This document shows positions 27,150-40,179 of a stretch of 64,000 bases of DNA, in pieces. The notes under the pieces are model-generated. The model made no database searches. It worked only from the letters and a program-made list of their open reading frames with translations, and had not been told where the DNA came from. The stretch's first letter is position 1; the number at the start of each line of letters is the position of its first letter. This DNA is from the human T2T-CHM13v2.0 reference genome, Homo sapiens, in NCBI RefSeq assembly GCF_009914755.1, contig NC_060935.1. One strand, 5' to 3'. A program made the translations under genes and the position numbers.

Positions 27150-28330
27150 ATGTGCTGTTCTCAGCCTCAAAGTGCTCAAAATCTACTGAATGAGAAAGAC
27201 CAGAACATAAACAGATAATTATATCACATAAGATAGATGAGGGGTAAATATACAGAGAGGATATTCAGAGACCTCAAAGAAAGAAAACTGAACCTAGTCT
27301 GGAGGGTCTGGAAGTCTTATTGGAGAAGTTGAAACTATATTTATCTTACTCGCTACTATTTCACAAATACCTAGAATGATGCCTTATTCGTAATATGTTT
27401 GGCAAGCATTTGCAGGATAGTTGAATGAACGCATGAATGAATGTGCTCTCAGTATTAATGTTCGGGAGGAATTACCCAGACAAAGAAGGAAAGCTTGGGA
27501 AAGTGGGCTCAGGGAGTGGAGCATAAATAATATTATTCCAGGTAAAGGACACTGCAGAAGCAAAGACACACAGGAAAGAAACCAGATAGCTTGGGTGGAG
27601 ATTATAATTAGTCTTACATCACTGGAGCATAAAACACACAGATGAGAGTGAAACAAGATGGAGCTGGAGAAATAAGCCTGGGTCATATTCAGGGTTTATA
27701 TTGGAAATCATTGACAGGAGATGCAGTGTGGGCACCAGGCTTCAGAACAGTTGCTGGTCCAGGAGACACCCAATGATGACAGGTGTTATTACCTTTTCAG
27801 ATGCTTGATTATGGGAGAAAGTCTGCGGAGCTTTGCGGTGGAGCTGGGTTAGATGGAATGGGATCTTGAGCTGAAAGGGAGGAGTTGGACAGAATCCTAG
27901 ACAATTCGTCTAGAGTAACCAACAGAGTCTATACACCCATAGGGAGATGTGGTCTGGAGCTCATTGAAATTCTTTTCTAATTGCTTCTCTTTCCACAGTG
28001 AAATATGAAGCCAGGTCTCCAGCTAAGAGTGAGGATGGAGTAGGAGAAGTTGGTTTTTTGAGGGACAAGAAGCTATGGCGTAGTCATGTAGGAGAAAGGG
28101 AGGGTAAATCAAGCAGGGCATACAATGGGGTGGGGACAGGACTAAAACCTGCTTGAGGTTAATATTCATGAGACTAAAGTAAAGCTGATCACTACGATTT
28201 TGTGTTTTTCTCTAGCAATGTGGAGCTGCATGAGTGCTGGTGTGTAGGAGGTAGAGTGTTGGATTTAAACAAAATTGTGTTTATTCCAAGTGGGTGTGAA
28301 GTAGAAGCTAAGCCTGATGCTATAGAATTA
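27150..28330 (-). mobile_element. Fragmented L2 cluster (mostly antisense; a short sense L2 tail at about 27350-27442)
   Basis: tattccaggtaaaggacactgcagaagcaaag; tctaattgcttctctttccacagtgaaatatgaagccaggtc. Confidence 0.6.
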
Positions 28331-28419
28331 TCTATAGTGTTTCAGTTAGTCTGTATTATGAAAGGGGACTGAATAGAGAATTTCAGATCCTATCTCTTGA
28401 GTCAGTTTCATATATGCAC

Positions 28420-28960
28420 CCGGCCACCCTGCTGCTCCTCTTTGCTCCTAAGTTTCTTGGAAATATTGTCTACATTGACTGGCTTAGTTTTCTCATTTCC
28501 CATTGAGTTTTCACCTTAGTTCTCTGGATGTTCCATTTAGTCTTCTTTGTGAATTCCTTTTCACTTGCTCATCTCTGCCTTACTTCCTACCCTTCACGTT
28601 AGCTCTGGGATATCACATCCACTCCCATGGTTTTCATTACCATATGCTTTCAGAGTGTTTCCAAATCTGTGTCTGAAGTTCATCTCTTCTAAGCTCTAAC
28701 CAATCTCTCCCACTCCTTACTAGATCTAATCATTTGGATGTTCTTTTTATACCACAAACCCAAATATCCTAAATAATTTATCTTTCATCCCAATATGTTC
28801 CTCTTGGAGTACTCACTATCTCAATGGTTTCACTATCCACCAGTTTGTTCTAGTTAGAAGCCTGAGAATTCACTCAATCTTCTCTCTTACCTCATCACAT
28901 ACATTTTATTAATCATCATGCAACCATCAATTCTACCTTCTTTATATTTGTCTAAATTTC
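28420..28960 (+). mobile_element. L2 RT-region fragment
   Basis: catccactcccatggttttcattaccatatgct...ccaaatctgtg, a decayed HGFxYHxYADD region. Confidence 0.7.
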
Positions 28961-29658
28961 CCAAATTGCTGGCAATGAATATGTAATCAGAAAAATATCT
29001 TAATTAATAAAAATAAATATTTTAATGTTCATTTGGATTTGGTGTTCACATCACCTCCACGTCTTTGGAAAACTTACCACAGACATTTGGCAAAATTGCA
29101 TTTGTCTCTGTGGACAGCCTGAGAGCTTTTGGCTTCTGCAAAAAAGGACTAGGGACAGAGCCATGAATATTTAATCTGTTTCTTACTGAATTGTCCAAAA
29201 AGAAAAAAAAAAGCAGGAATGGAAACACCACCCACTGACCTGCCCTAGTTGCACAACTCAACATTCTCACATTTTACAGTTGGGGTCACAAAAGAAAAGT
29301 CAAAGCAAAACTATGAGTCCTTTATCTTACTTTTTCAGAGCCTTCCACAGGCTCATGGGGTGAGAATGTACCTTTCCATTTAAAGCTACTGTGCTTCATA
29401 ACTTCTAGAAGCAAAGGAAGCTGAGCTGCATTCTTCGAAAATGCTGGGTAGCTGGGGCATATCAAAGGGAATTTGGAATGGTTTATGTGGTTTGAAAATT
29501 CTTGGGGGCAAAACTGCCTTCCTGTTGCTTTTGGAAACTATCATCCAGAATTGGAAAGGAGGTAAACAACAGGAACTCCTCCACCATTTGGTTTGCTTCC
29601 CCTTTGTACTTAGCTAATTATTTTATGCTAACAAGAGAGCATGTTTCTCCATAGTTAC

Positions 29659-29683
29659 TTTTTTTTTTTTTTTTTTTTTTTTT
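29659..29683. repeat. Poly(T)25
   Basis: direct reading. Confidence 0.95.
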
Positions 29684-29948
29684 GAGGCTTGCTGCAACCT
29701 TGGGACCCTTGGAAGATGAAAGCCAAATCAGCTCACTTTCAGTTTAGGCACAAATGAAGCTGGGTGTCTTCTGCCATACAAACCAATGAAAGTGCTTTCT
29801 CACCAGCTTCCTTCCACTCACTGCTCCATTGTTCCTAGAATGGGTGAAATTCATTTGGTATGTGATTAGCCATCATCCAAGGCTAATAGTACCATTATAA
29901 AAAGTGCAAAGTAGTGGTTGGTGGTCATACATTTAAAGTGCAGTCAGT

Positions 29949-30214
29949 GGCTGGGCGTGGTGGCTCACACCTGTATTTGGGAAGCCAAGGAGGGCAGATC
30001 ACGAGGTCAAGACATCGAGACCATCCTGGCCAACATAGTGAAACCCCATCTCTACTAAAAATACAAAAATTAGCTGGGCGTGGTGGCACACACCACTCGG
30101 GAAGCTGAGGCAGGAGAATCGCTTGAACCAGGGAGGTGGAGTGAGCCAAGATTGCGCCACTGCACTCTAGCCTGGCAACAGAGCAAGACTCTGTCTCGAT
30201 AATAATAATAATAA
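29949..30214 (+). mobile_element. AluSc-like with three short internal deletions and (AAT)n tail
   Basis: TSD taaagtgca(g/a)tcagt at 29934-29948 and 30215-30229. Confidence 0.93.
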
Positions 30215-32189
30215 TAAAGTGCAATCAGTAGTCATGTCTGATGTCCCCACTGCCAATTCCCAATATGTATCCGTAACAATGTATGGGAAAATCTCTCCCT
30301 TCCTTTCAGCTTCAGCAGGCCTTTGGGTGGTAATATCTTCCATTCCTCTAAATCTGCTACTTCTCTTCTATCTACTTTCTTTAGTTTGAGAATTTGTTCA
30401 TTTACTGTTGTCTCTTCTTCTATTCCTTTTTCCCCTGTGGATTAATACCTGTTTCTATTCCTTTATTATTATGTAATTTTAGCAGGATTTGAGGAAGGAG
30501 AGGAGATAAACCAGTGGTATCCATCAGGGATTTTTAACCGGAATCCTTAATTAATTTTGTGCTTATGTTTTTCCACTGAACTTTTAATTCCTTCAGGGCA
30601 GAACTGGGTTGATTAATTTCTGTCCTGACCACTCTGTGCAGTGCCTAGTATTTTCAGTAATTCTTACTGAAAAAAAAAAAGATGGAATTAATTTCTCCAA
30701 GAGTCTTTTTGCCAAGCTAATACCTAGAACAGAATGTAAGCTATATATAAAAGTTCAGACAGATAATGATTACAGAGTGGAAAATGATGTTAGGAATTGG
30801 GTCAAATATGCTTTGGGATCTACAGAAAATCCAAAATGCATTTTTCAAAATTGTGTTTTCAGAGATTTGATGCTTATCTTTGACTCATATGTACTTAGGT
30901 CTCTAAGAAAAGTTTCCTATTGCCCAGGGGTGGGGACGTGTTTATGTGCAAAATGCCTTGACCCCTGACTGACCTTCCTCTACCACCACTATCAATGCCC
31001 CACCATAGTTACATCTTCTCTGAGTTGTTCTCTGAGGGTGCCTGCCAGCCTGAACTCCTGGCTCAGGCAGTTGAGTAGGAGAAGAGGTGGGTGTTTCAGT
31101 AATTTATTTTTGCGTGCCTGATTTAAACCATCCCCTTCTCACCAAATGGGAGCTTTCAGCTATTAGAGAAGACAAGCAGCCCCTTTTGTCTCTGTACCTT
31201 TCAAGCTGCAAAGATGCCTTTCACCAGATTAAAAGATTAAGGCTTCTTCCAGAATTCCAAACCAGCTGGTTCTGAGAATTTTAAATGTGCCTGAAAAAAA
31301 GCATCTGTTCTTTCCATGTTACTTTTATCTTCCCTTTATACTAACCAACTATTCATTTATGTCCACTAAGCCTGATAAATGGAGAATCTATAGTTTATAA
31401 ACTCAAAGAAGAACCCTATTCCATGCATTTATTATTTTCCTAATTTTGCTGATTTCATAAAGACTACAAAATCAGGCTTTCTATCCTTGTTTTTGAGAGG
31501 CTGCCAGCCTGACATGCTCAATGTTACTGCAGCTATCTTTCTCAGGGTGGAACATGGCATTTGCACAAGAACTTGGCTTATATATTTTGAGAAACTTAAA
31601 GCCTTGAGAGGCTTTCTTGAACTGGTGTTTTGAAACTTCCTAATGCCCCAATTAAAAAGGTTTGTAGTTTTCTCTGAGTTTTGCAGCTCAGCCTGGTGTA
31701 ATCTGGATTGGGACAGTTCCAGCAGAGGAGGTCAAAAAAAGTGCAAATTCATACATAATGTATGTAGGTTTTAATAAGCATCCTTTCATACTACAGCTTC
31801 TCTTCGTGGCTTCTCATAAAACTTCACAAACCACAGGCACTAGGATTATTAATTTTTAAAAGAGTAACAGAAGGAAATGTTCAACCTTTTGCAATCTAAG
31901 TTGCTCCAGGAATTAAAATGTCTTTATATAGATGCCTCATAACAAAAATCTGTACTCCATGGCAGTAATCTCCACTAAAACCAGGTAAACTCAAACTGTA
32001 TCAATTTATATAAAGCTTGAGAATTCCCAATACCCACTTACTATTTATGAAATGAAGATAGATTAATGCCCGGTGGAAAAAGGGGTTAGAGCAACTACGT
32101 ACTAACTCTAGGATGGAATAGGCAAGAAGATATCATTTAAACAAAATAGACTAGGAAAAAGAACTTTTAAGTTGATTTTGTTTAATTTT

Positions 32190-32513
32190 CATTTTGATTT
32201 TATTTTACTTTATTTAATTTTTGAGACTGGGTCTCGCTCTGTCATCTAGGCTGGGATGCAGAGGCACAATCATAGCTCACTACAGCCTTGACTTCCTGGG
32301 CTCAAGCAATCTGCTCACCTCAGCCTCCTGAGCAACTGGGACTACAGGCACGCATCACCATGCCTGGATTTTTTATTTTATTTTGTGTGTGTATGTGTGT
32401 AAACAGATTCTCACTATTTGCACAGGCTGGTCTCAAACTCCTGGACTCAAGCAATCCTCCTGCCTTGGCCTCCTAAAGTGCCGAGATTACAGGTGTGAGA
32501 CACTGCACCTGGC
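32190..32513 (-). mobile_element. AluJ
   Basis: Diverged antisense Alu with J diagnostics (ctcctggactcaagcaatcctcc); TSD tgattttgtttaatttt at 32173-32189 and 32514-32530. Confidence 0.93.
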
Positions 32514-32607
32514 TGATTTTGTTTAATTTTTATTTTATAGAATGAGAACATATAAGGTCTGAATGGAACCTTAAAGAATGAATCAAATACTCTCTATGAA
32601 ATTCTCC

Positions 32608-32776
32608 GGGGTGGGGGGAGAGCATTAGGAAAAATAGCTAATGCATGTCACCTTAATACCTAGGTGATGGGTTGATAGGTGCAGCAAATCACCATGGCAC
32701 ATGTTTACCTGTGTAACAAACCTACACAACCTGCACATGTACCCTGGATCTTAAAATTAAAAAAGAAAGAAAAAAA
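32608..32776 (+). mobile_element. Short L1PA 3' end
   Basis: gagagcattaggaaaaatagctaatgcatg...ggttgataggtgcagcaaatcaccatggcac...A-tail. Confidence 0.9.
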
Positions 32777-33029
32777 TCTCTGCTTAGTGGTATGGCACGT
32801 ATTATTGATGGTTTACTTAAAACCACCTCCATCCATTCTTTCTCATTCAGGAACCCGTGGGAATATATCCCTCGGCACCATGTAGAGTCATGTCAGACTT
32901 GACGGAAAGAATTACTCTTTCCTAGGGCAATACACCTAGAGCAATGGACCTAGAGCTGGGTATAGTACTGGATGAAATTTAGAGATGTCTCCCTTTAAGT
33001 AGCAAACAAACGCATTTCATATAGAGATA

Positions 33030-33135
33030 CAGCCATCCAGTTACTGGATCACCTCCAGGGAAAGGGAACTCAAAATAGACCACTTCATTCCTGGTAAGCT
33101 CTGAATGTTAGGAAATAGTTTCATTATAAGAAGCT
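33030..33135 (-). mobile_element. CR1/L3 3' fragment
   Basis: cacctccagggaaagggaactc...agctctgaatgttaggaa. Confidence 0.45.
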
Positions 33136-33234
33136 GAGTATTAGTCATGAAACTTTCAGTAACAAGTCACAGCTCTTAGACTCAAATTCTCTTGATTTTT
33201 AAGAATGGAGTAATTGAGAAGTCCACCAGAGATG

Positions 33235-33480
33235 TTTATGCACAGCTGAATCCAGCAGTTTCAATGACCCTGGGAAGACTACCTGACCTGATGTGTGTCA
33301 CACATACATCTGTCAACCAATCACTGTAGCTATGAGCATGGGGGATTCTGACCCACCAGTTCTTGGTCGAACACTCATTCCTAGGGACTGAGTAGGTAGG
33401 GAGAAAGGAATCAGCTCCCCTTGAACTATAGGACCGAACAGAATTACTATGAAATAAGACTATTTACTCAAAAAAAGGGA
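33235..33480 (-). mobile_element. Old MLT1 LTR fragment
   Basis: agctgaatccag...aaccaatcactgtagc. Confidence 0.45.
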
Positions 33481-34250
33481 CCCTGGATAGTAAAAAATGT
33501 TTCAATTGCCCCATATATGCACTCCCCTCACATGATGCCAATTCCTCCCATCTATGACAGGAAAGAAAGGACATGCCTCTTCTACCAAAGGAGATACTTA
33601 GCTGCCCATGTTTCCTGCATCTAGCTGTAAATTGAGGATCTCCAAATGACAAGCATTCTTTTAGTGCAGAACCAGATGTGACTCCTATGGACTTTAACCC
33701 ATTACTAAGTGATGATTTATTAAAGCATTCCTCCACAGGAAAAGTGTGTTCAATATAAAGGGGAAATACAATATGACTAATTCAAACTCCCAGTTGGAAA
33801 AAGAGAGAAGTTAAGGCAACATGCAGAGATCTACATCATATCTCACATGCATGGACAGAATTAGTGAGGAATCCCCACCTGCAGTGGACTGAGACGGCCA
33901 ACCCAGCATTCCCAGTTCTGCTTCTTCCTTGTCATCTGTGGCCATGTCCAAGAAGAGTGTTGTATGATTTCTCTGTGTGGAACCACCCACCTTTAGCAAA
34001 TCTAACAGTTCACTTGCTAAGGGTGCAGACTTGGAGCATTATGGGCTCTTTGGATTGAGAAGTTACAGGCTTGGGGTTTTTCTGGTAGTACAACTTCCTT
34101 AAAAATTCAATCAATAAGTGGCCAATTTGCTAATAAACAGTGCCAAAGATCTTATTGATTGAGCCATGGTCTTTAAAGATTGTGAGAAATGGGAAAGTTC
34201 TTCAAAGATTATAAAAAGTTATAATTTCCTACTATAAGATTGCTATCCAC

Positions 34251-34702
34251 TATTAGTACATATATATATATATATATATTCCAAATCAGCTGTCCTAGCT
34301 TGCTCTGGCATGCCTGGACAGAACTAGACAAGCCCCAGCCCATAGCGCATGCCATTCCTTATTTGGAGATGCTTCTTTAACTATCCCTGGGCAACTTCCT
34401 TTTCTTTCTTTGTTCTGTTCCCCTTACCCAGTTAAAAAAAGTTTTAAACTAATAGCCAACCAGATAAAGTGTAAAATGTGAGGTCCTATTCCAGCCAATG
34501 GAAACTGGACACAGAATAGGGTAGACTCATCAGGTTATAAATAACTTTGTCTCCTTTGTTTGGTGTGCTCTCGTGACTGGAGAGCTGTTGAGTAGCACCC
34601 TTTCTGCAGAAAGTAAAGCTTGCCTTGCTGAGAGATCATTTGTTCCCATTTTAATTCTTCTTTTTTTTTTTTTTTTGCAACATCAAAAACTTTATTCCCA
34701 AC
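34251..34702 (+). mobile_element. ERV1 solo LTR, LTR10 (HERV-I) family
   Basis: Starts tattag (TGTTAG-like), ends ccaaca; LTR10-type ttctgcagaaagtaaagcttgccttgctgag; CCAAT 34495, TATAAATA 34536, AGTAAA 34612; internal (TA)n at about 34260-34279. Confidence 0.7.
34296..34335 (+). promoter_or_regulatory. Candidate p53 response element (tandem RRRCWWGYYY half-sites)
   Basis: TAGCTTGCTC-TGGCATGCCT-GGACAGAACT-AGACAAGCCC in 10-bp register inside the LTR10-like LTR. Confidence 0.55.
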
Positions 34703-35564
34703 AATAATTACCCTGTTCTTAGGGTTTCTGTGTCTTAGAAATAGACCTTGCTCTTTATCATCCTTCTAGCTCTCAAAGAACCGCTTCCATTTTGTCCCTG
34801 CCTCAGAGGGACTCAAAACAATATACCAGACAAGATAAGGCACAAGTAATTTGAGTAAAATACACATCAGGTGGTCTTTGTGTATTTCTCTGGATCTTCC
34901 TGGGTCCCAATCTTATCTTCTGCTATTTTTCCCACCTCTTTGCCTGGTTCCTACTAACATTTATTTGAGGTAGAGAATTCAGATTTTCAGTCCTGTTAAT
35001 AGCATGATTATATGACCCTCAGATACCTTGGATTTCTCGGCATGGACAGAAAGGTCCTCTTTTAGCAACATAATATCACAGGGAGAACTTTGCTGGGCTC
35101 AGAGTTACATGTCCATCACCGAACCTCTCCCTGTATCAGGTGGAGTATGCTGGTTAGACTGGGTCATGTGTCTGGTCCTGGGGTGCAGGAAAGAGAAAGC
35201 AAAAATCATTTTCACTGCTAGCACAGGGACATTGCCTCTTGTACCCAGCACCCCACATCCTAACTGTTTAGCCATCTACAGCACCCACGTGTAAAATGAC
35301 CACACTTACCCTCAGTTACATTATACATCTGTGGCTTTCCTTCCTAAAACCTTTTTCCCCCACCTGGGGGGATGCCTGTAAAACCTGCTCGATTGGCCAT
35401 CGAGCAATGTTTTTTATTTCTTTTCATAATTTTTTCATTTGTTTTTTTGCTTAAATCTAGGAGTATATTATATAATATACTCTATAAATATATAATTTAT
35501 ACATTTAATATATATTTAGAAGATATACTTTTTAAAACGTATAAAATTTCATGTAATTGAGTTC

Positions 35565-36040
35565 ACTGTTTTAACTTGTCAAGATCATTTCGATCTGGAT
35601 GATGTTCCTATACATTTTAGCTTTTCCTTCAATTTTGTTCCATTGATACAAGCTATAGTTTTAATAATTATGAGAATAGGAAAGATTTCAAAAATTTACA
35701 GGCATATGCTATCTTAACTTTAAAAAGTAATAGAAGGATCTCAGGAGAGGTAGGCCAATGAGATTGCTATTAATTTCTGGCAAAATTCTAAAATGAATTA
35801 TTAAATAGATGTGTTGATAGCCTAAGCAAAGAAAGTGCTGATTGCTTGAAAACAGCATAAACCCCCTAAGAAAAAATATGCCAAACTAACCTAATTTTTT
35901 TCCTTCCTGGTGCTGCTAGAGACTAAGAGAGGAGAGGACTGCTGTAGACATATGCTATGCGAATTTCAGCAGGGAATTTAACAGATTCATTTCTTGCAGA
36001 TGAGATAGAGAAAATGGACAAAATTATACCAGAGAAAGGC
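35565..36040. mobile_element. CR1/L3 RT fragments (short antisense piece, then sense piece)
   Basis: tgccaaactaacctaattttttt...gctgtagacatatgctatgcgaatttcagcag, a decayed TNLI.F...AVD..Y..FS CR1 RT segment. Confidence 0.55.
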
Positions 36041-37699
36041 ATCTCAACTAAGGGTATATTATTTAGTTGAAAGAGTATGAACCAGGGCTTCTTGTCAAAA
36101 TGGTGTTGTGAGTTCCCTTCCCTGTTCAAACACAGCAAAGAAAAACAAAATATGGCATGAAAGTTAAAAAGACACAGCCTTGCTCAAAAACAAAGTAACT
36201 TCTCTGTCAACCAAAGAAAGAATAGAAGCATACAATGCCAAATGGAATACAAAGCCCATAGTTCCAAACAGAGGCAGAGACAACTGGACATTTGAGTCCT
36301 ACAGGGAAAAGGAACCCCAAACCATCCGTGCATGCATATGTGGGGTGGGGGTGATGGGTGGAATATTTAATCAGTGTTTGTAAAAGTTGAATTTATAGGT
36401 TCTTTTACAAGAAAGAATAGAGCTGCTTGGAGCTAAATACCCCGAAGCAAATAACCTACTGGAGATGAGTAGAAGCTCTCTGCTGTAGATGGGGTTTTCC
36501 TTCATCCTGTCTACATCAGATTTTTGTCATTTGCCTCACATCTATAGCCTTTGGACTTCTCATCTCTGCCAAAGGTAATAGTAAAAACAAATGAATACCA
36601 TTAGTTTAGAATTCCAAGCAGAAGTCAGCTGCTCAGGGCTCTGCACTTAGGTCACACCTGTTCTCCATGGCAGAAACGTGGGCCAGATGCTCCTTGAAGA
36701 AAGACTGCGACTGTGCATGTCAACCACTACTTCTCATACTGAAGCCTAGGAAGAAATGGTGAGATTTGTCTCCTGCTTGCCTGTTTCAATGCCTATTGCC
36801 TTTTACATTGCAGCTTTTCTGGGGAACTCCTATCAGTGCATGCAATATTTTCCAAGGTGATTTCTATTCAGTTACATGGTGTCTGAACCTTGTCATATGT
36901 GAGAAAATATGAATTTGTTTTAGAATTTATTCTTCTTTAACAACCACATGCTCCAGTGGGTTAACTGTGAAGGGATGAGTATCACATCTACCCTTCAACC
37001 CAAAGTTCGGCAGAAACCTGTCTGGATTCTGTGGTAAACAAAATTGTGTGGCAAGCTGGGAATTCAGTAAAAACCTGACATTCATAGAAAACCCTGAATA
37101 TGCACACAGTCCACAGACAACTCCAGTAAATTATTCAAATGAATACCAAGCAGTGCTGCTGTGATCATTTGATTAAAATCCTGCTTTGAATGCTCACATA
37201 TATGTTTTCTATTAGTGTGTAATTTCCAATTGCTGCAGTGAAAGGTAGCAGTCTGCTGTATGCCAGGGTGTGGGAAAGAATAAACAGTTCTGTTGTTTTG
37301 CAGTCAGAACTGGCCAGGGGAAGCTGACACCCTGCGAAATACACCCAGATCCTGCTTTCCTAGGACAGAAAAAATGACCTCTGGCCTCTCTTTGCAAACT
37401 TTAGTTAAGAGTTGGGAGTAAGAGATTCTTGACCACCAAGAAAGGTAAGTTACTCACATATGTATAGATACAATATTCTTATTTTGTGCTCTTTTTTCTC
37501 CAATCTTCAATAAATCACCTAAAATATAATAAGACTTCTGTGCAGCCCGATGGAGTAAACACTTCTGGAATAATTTTTCCTTCCCCATTTCTCCAACATC
37601 TTTCTTATGACATTTCTTTTTCCGAAATTCATTGGTCCTTGTCTGAACACCTGACTCCAACTCGCCAATGAGTCTTTTCCCTGTAGTTTTGTACTTAGG

Positions 37700-38043
37700 A
37701 AGGTAGAAAAGTCTGCCAGTCCTCCTGAGAGGTAGATACTGTGAGATATAAAACTCGGAAATATCATGCCCACCGCACCCCATGTTTTCAGTGATATGAA
37801 CAAAAAAGAATGAAATCCCTGTGAGAAGCCCAGGCAAGAGTGAGAGAGAAAAAGAGAGAGAGATCTGATATCATATATCTCTGGTTCTAGTTGTTGTCTT
37901 GTCTAGTGACTACTGACATCCTTGTTCTTCCCATAATTTGGTTGTTAAATAATCTCTTTGATTTAATGAACAAAATTAATTCCCTTTAAATATTAATTCA
38001 AGTTTTAGTACTGTCATTGCAGCCAAAAGAGCCAACTAATACA
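37700..38043 (+). mobile_element. MLT1J/K-type LTR 3' part
   Basis: ttccctt...ctgtcattgcagccaaaagagccaactaataca terminus. Confidence 0.55.
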
Positions 38044-39079
38044 ACATTAAAATTCTTCCAGTAGGAAAATGTATTTTATCTATGATTAGATTTTCCTACG
38101 ATGCAACATTTGGACCCATCAGGTAGATTTGCCAATACCACACATAGATGACAGTGCCCTTCTCAACCTTGAAAAGATTCCATTCTATAAATGCTTCAAG
38201 CAGGACATTTTCCCTGGAGGAGACTATATCAAGTTACACCTATGTGCTTCAACTCATCTACTCTTCCTTTCTCTAAATGGTCACACATCACCTAACCTAA
38301 GAAAAAATCTATCTTGGCATCATTCACTCAAAGCTGAAGAAGCAGGCAGCTGAATTAACTCGAATTTTAATCCTAAATGTCAGTGAAAGAACAAAATGGC
38401 TTGGTAATACCTTCCAAAACAGTAATTCAGAGCCAGAGGGCTTAGGGAAAGGGCACTTCCAGGAAAACTGTATTGGAATCTCTGGACAGGGGTGGGATAA
38501 GAGGTGCACACTTAAGAAATACTCATTTGCACTTATTTGGCCCTTCCCAATGTTTACGTTACCCCCTTCTCAAAATGAAAACCTAATTCTGTCTACAGTT
38601 TACAATTTTCTACTACCAGTCTATTTATTCCTAAAAGCAAAAATCATAGCTAGAAATGGTCTTCAATGAGAAATGTATGCCAAAGCCACTCAGAGCACAA
38701 GGGTGCTTGCCAAGGCCAGCTAAACAATGGCTTGCCAATTAAGTGGCATGATCAATTATATGTTTAAAACTCATTATCACTAATAATAAAGAACTGAAAT
38801 TTATAAATTGTTTTATAAAATACAGTGGATACAAAGACATCTCATAGCACTTTTACTCATCTTCACTCTTCTATCATCTTTTTGAAGGGAAGAAAAATGT
38901 AAAGGTATTATATTTTATTAAAACACAAGAAACTGGATATAACCCTACGTAAGTCTAAGACGTAACTCTAGGAAAAGTTACATATGTGAATATCATTAAT
39001 CATATCTGTTAGAAAAAAAAAAGAAGGTAAGAAATTCTGAGCAAAGGGTGTGCTAGAAGAGGCCTGGACTATGGAATGA

Positions 39080-39435
39080 TTATGTACAAAGATAATATCA
39101 CATTTATAATGGTGAAAATTTGAAATCAATCTAAATAGTGAACAACAGAGGATTACTTAAATACATCATATGATGTAGATGCAAGTTTAGACATTGATTA
39201 AAATCTGTGTTCTCAAACACTAATGACATGGGAAAATGCTTATGATATACTTCGAGTAAAAATGGTATACTTTTATTATCTCTATTATAGAAAGGAAGAT
39301 AAGAAAGCAAATTAGAAATATGTCAAGATGTTAGCAATGTCAGGATAGTGGGATTGTGGGAGATTTTAATTTTGATCTCCTAACTTTTTTGTATACTCCA
39401 CATTTACTCTGTTGAGCATATATTATTCCTGTAAG
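39080..39435 (+). mobile_element. L1ME-type 3' fragment
   Basis: tttataatggtgaaaatttgaaatcaatctaaat...atgacatgggaaaatgcttatgatata. Confidence 0.65.
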
Positions 39436-40179
39436 TGGGGGTTGTTTAGAAAATAAGAATTTTTGTTTAGAAAATAAGAATTAAGGACCACAAGGTTAAA
39501 ATTAACAAACGGAGTGTACTGTTACCCCACAATCTGTCCACACCAAGTCGAATGTATCTGAGCAGCCAAGATGTTGGAGGAGGTAAATTGGAAGGAGCTA
39601 TTGTGAAATAGCTCCACATCTTAACTGGAAATTAAGATTTTTAACTTTTCAGATTTTACTCTTTCTCTCATTTAGAGCAGGATCACTTAAAAATAGGTAC
39701 TCTGTTTCTCAGACCAAAATCAAAATGATTTTGCCCTCTGACATTTACCCTTCTGATACCAATTTTTTCTGCCTTTTGGTTCTACTTTGATTCTACTTTC
39801 TCCAAAAATCAAAACAGCCACTTGCTATATTTTCTAGTTAATACTCTTTACTAAAATGGAGATAATTAAAAATGACAAAGGAGGGCCCTACACAGTGCTA
39901 AGGCTTAATGTGATACTGAGCTGACTTCTGGTGTTCCTTTCTCCAATTTCCTGCCCCTTTCTATTCTTTTCTGCACTCACCGGCTCTGTTCCCTCCACTT
40001 ACCAATGATAAACTCGTTCACACTAAGGGGTAGGACTCTGTGCAGATATTTGATCACACTGCAATGCTCCTTTTCTCACTCAGTATCCTCCTGATTCTCA
40101 AGTTTCTAAACACAGCCTATTTTGCACTTCTGCTATCTGATGCTCTACTGGGATTTAGAAAAAGTTTTAAACCTGCAAT

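Noticed and set aside
38457-38465. Isolated STAT GAS palindromes (also 20059-20067 and about 44906)
   Set aside because: Single short motifs are not far from chance expectation in a window of this size; no supporting cluster
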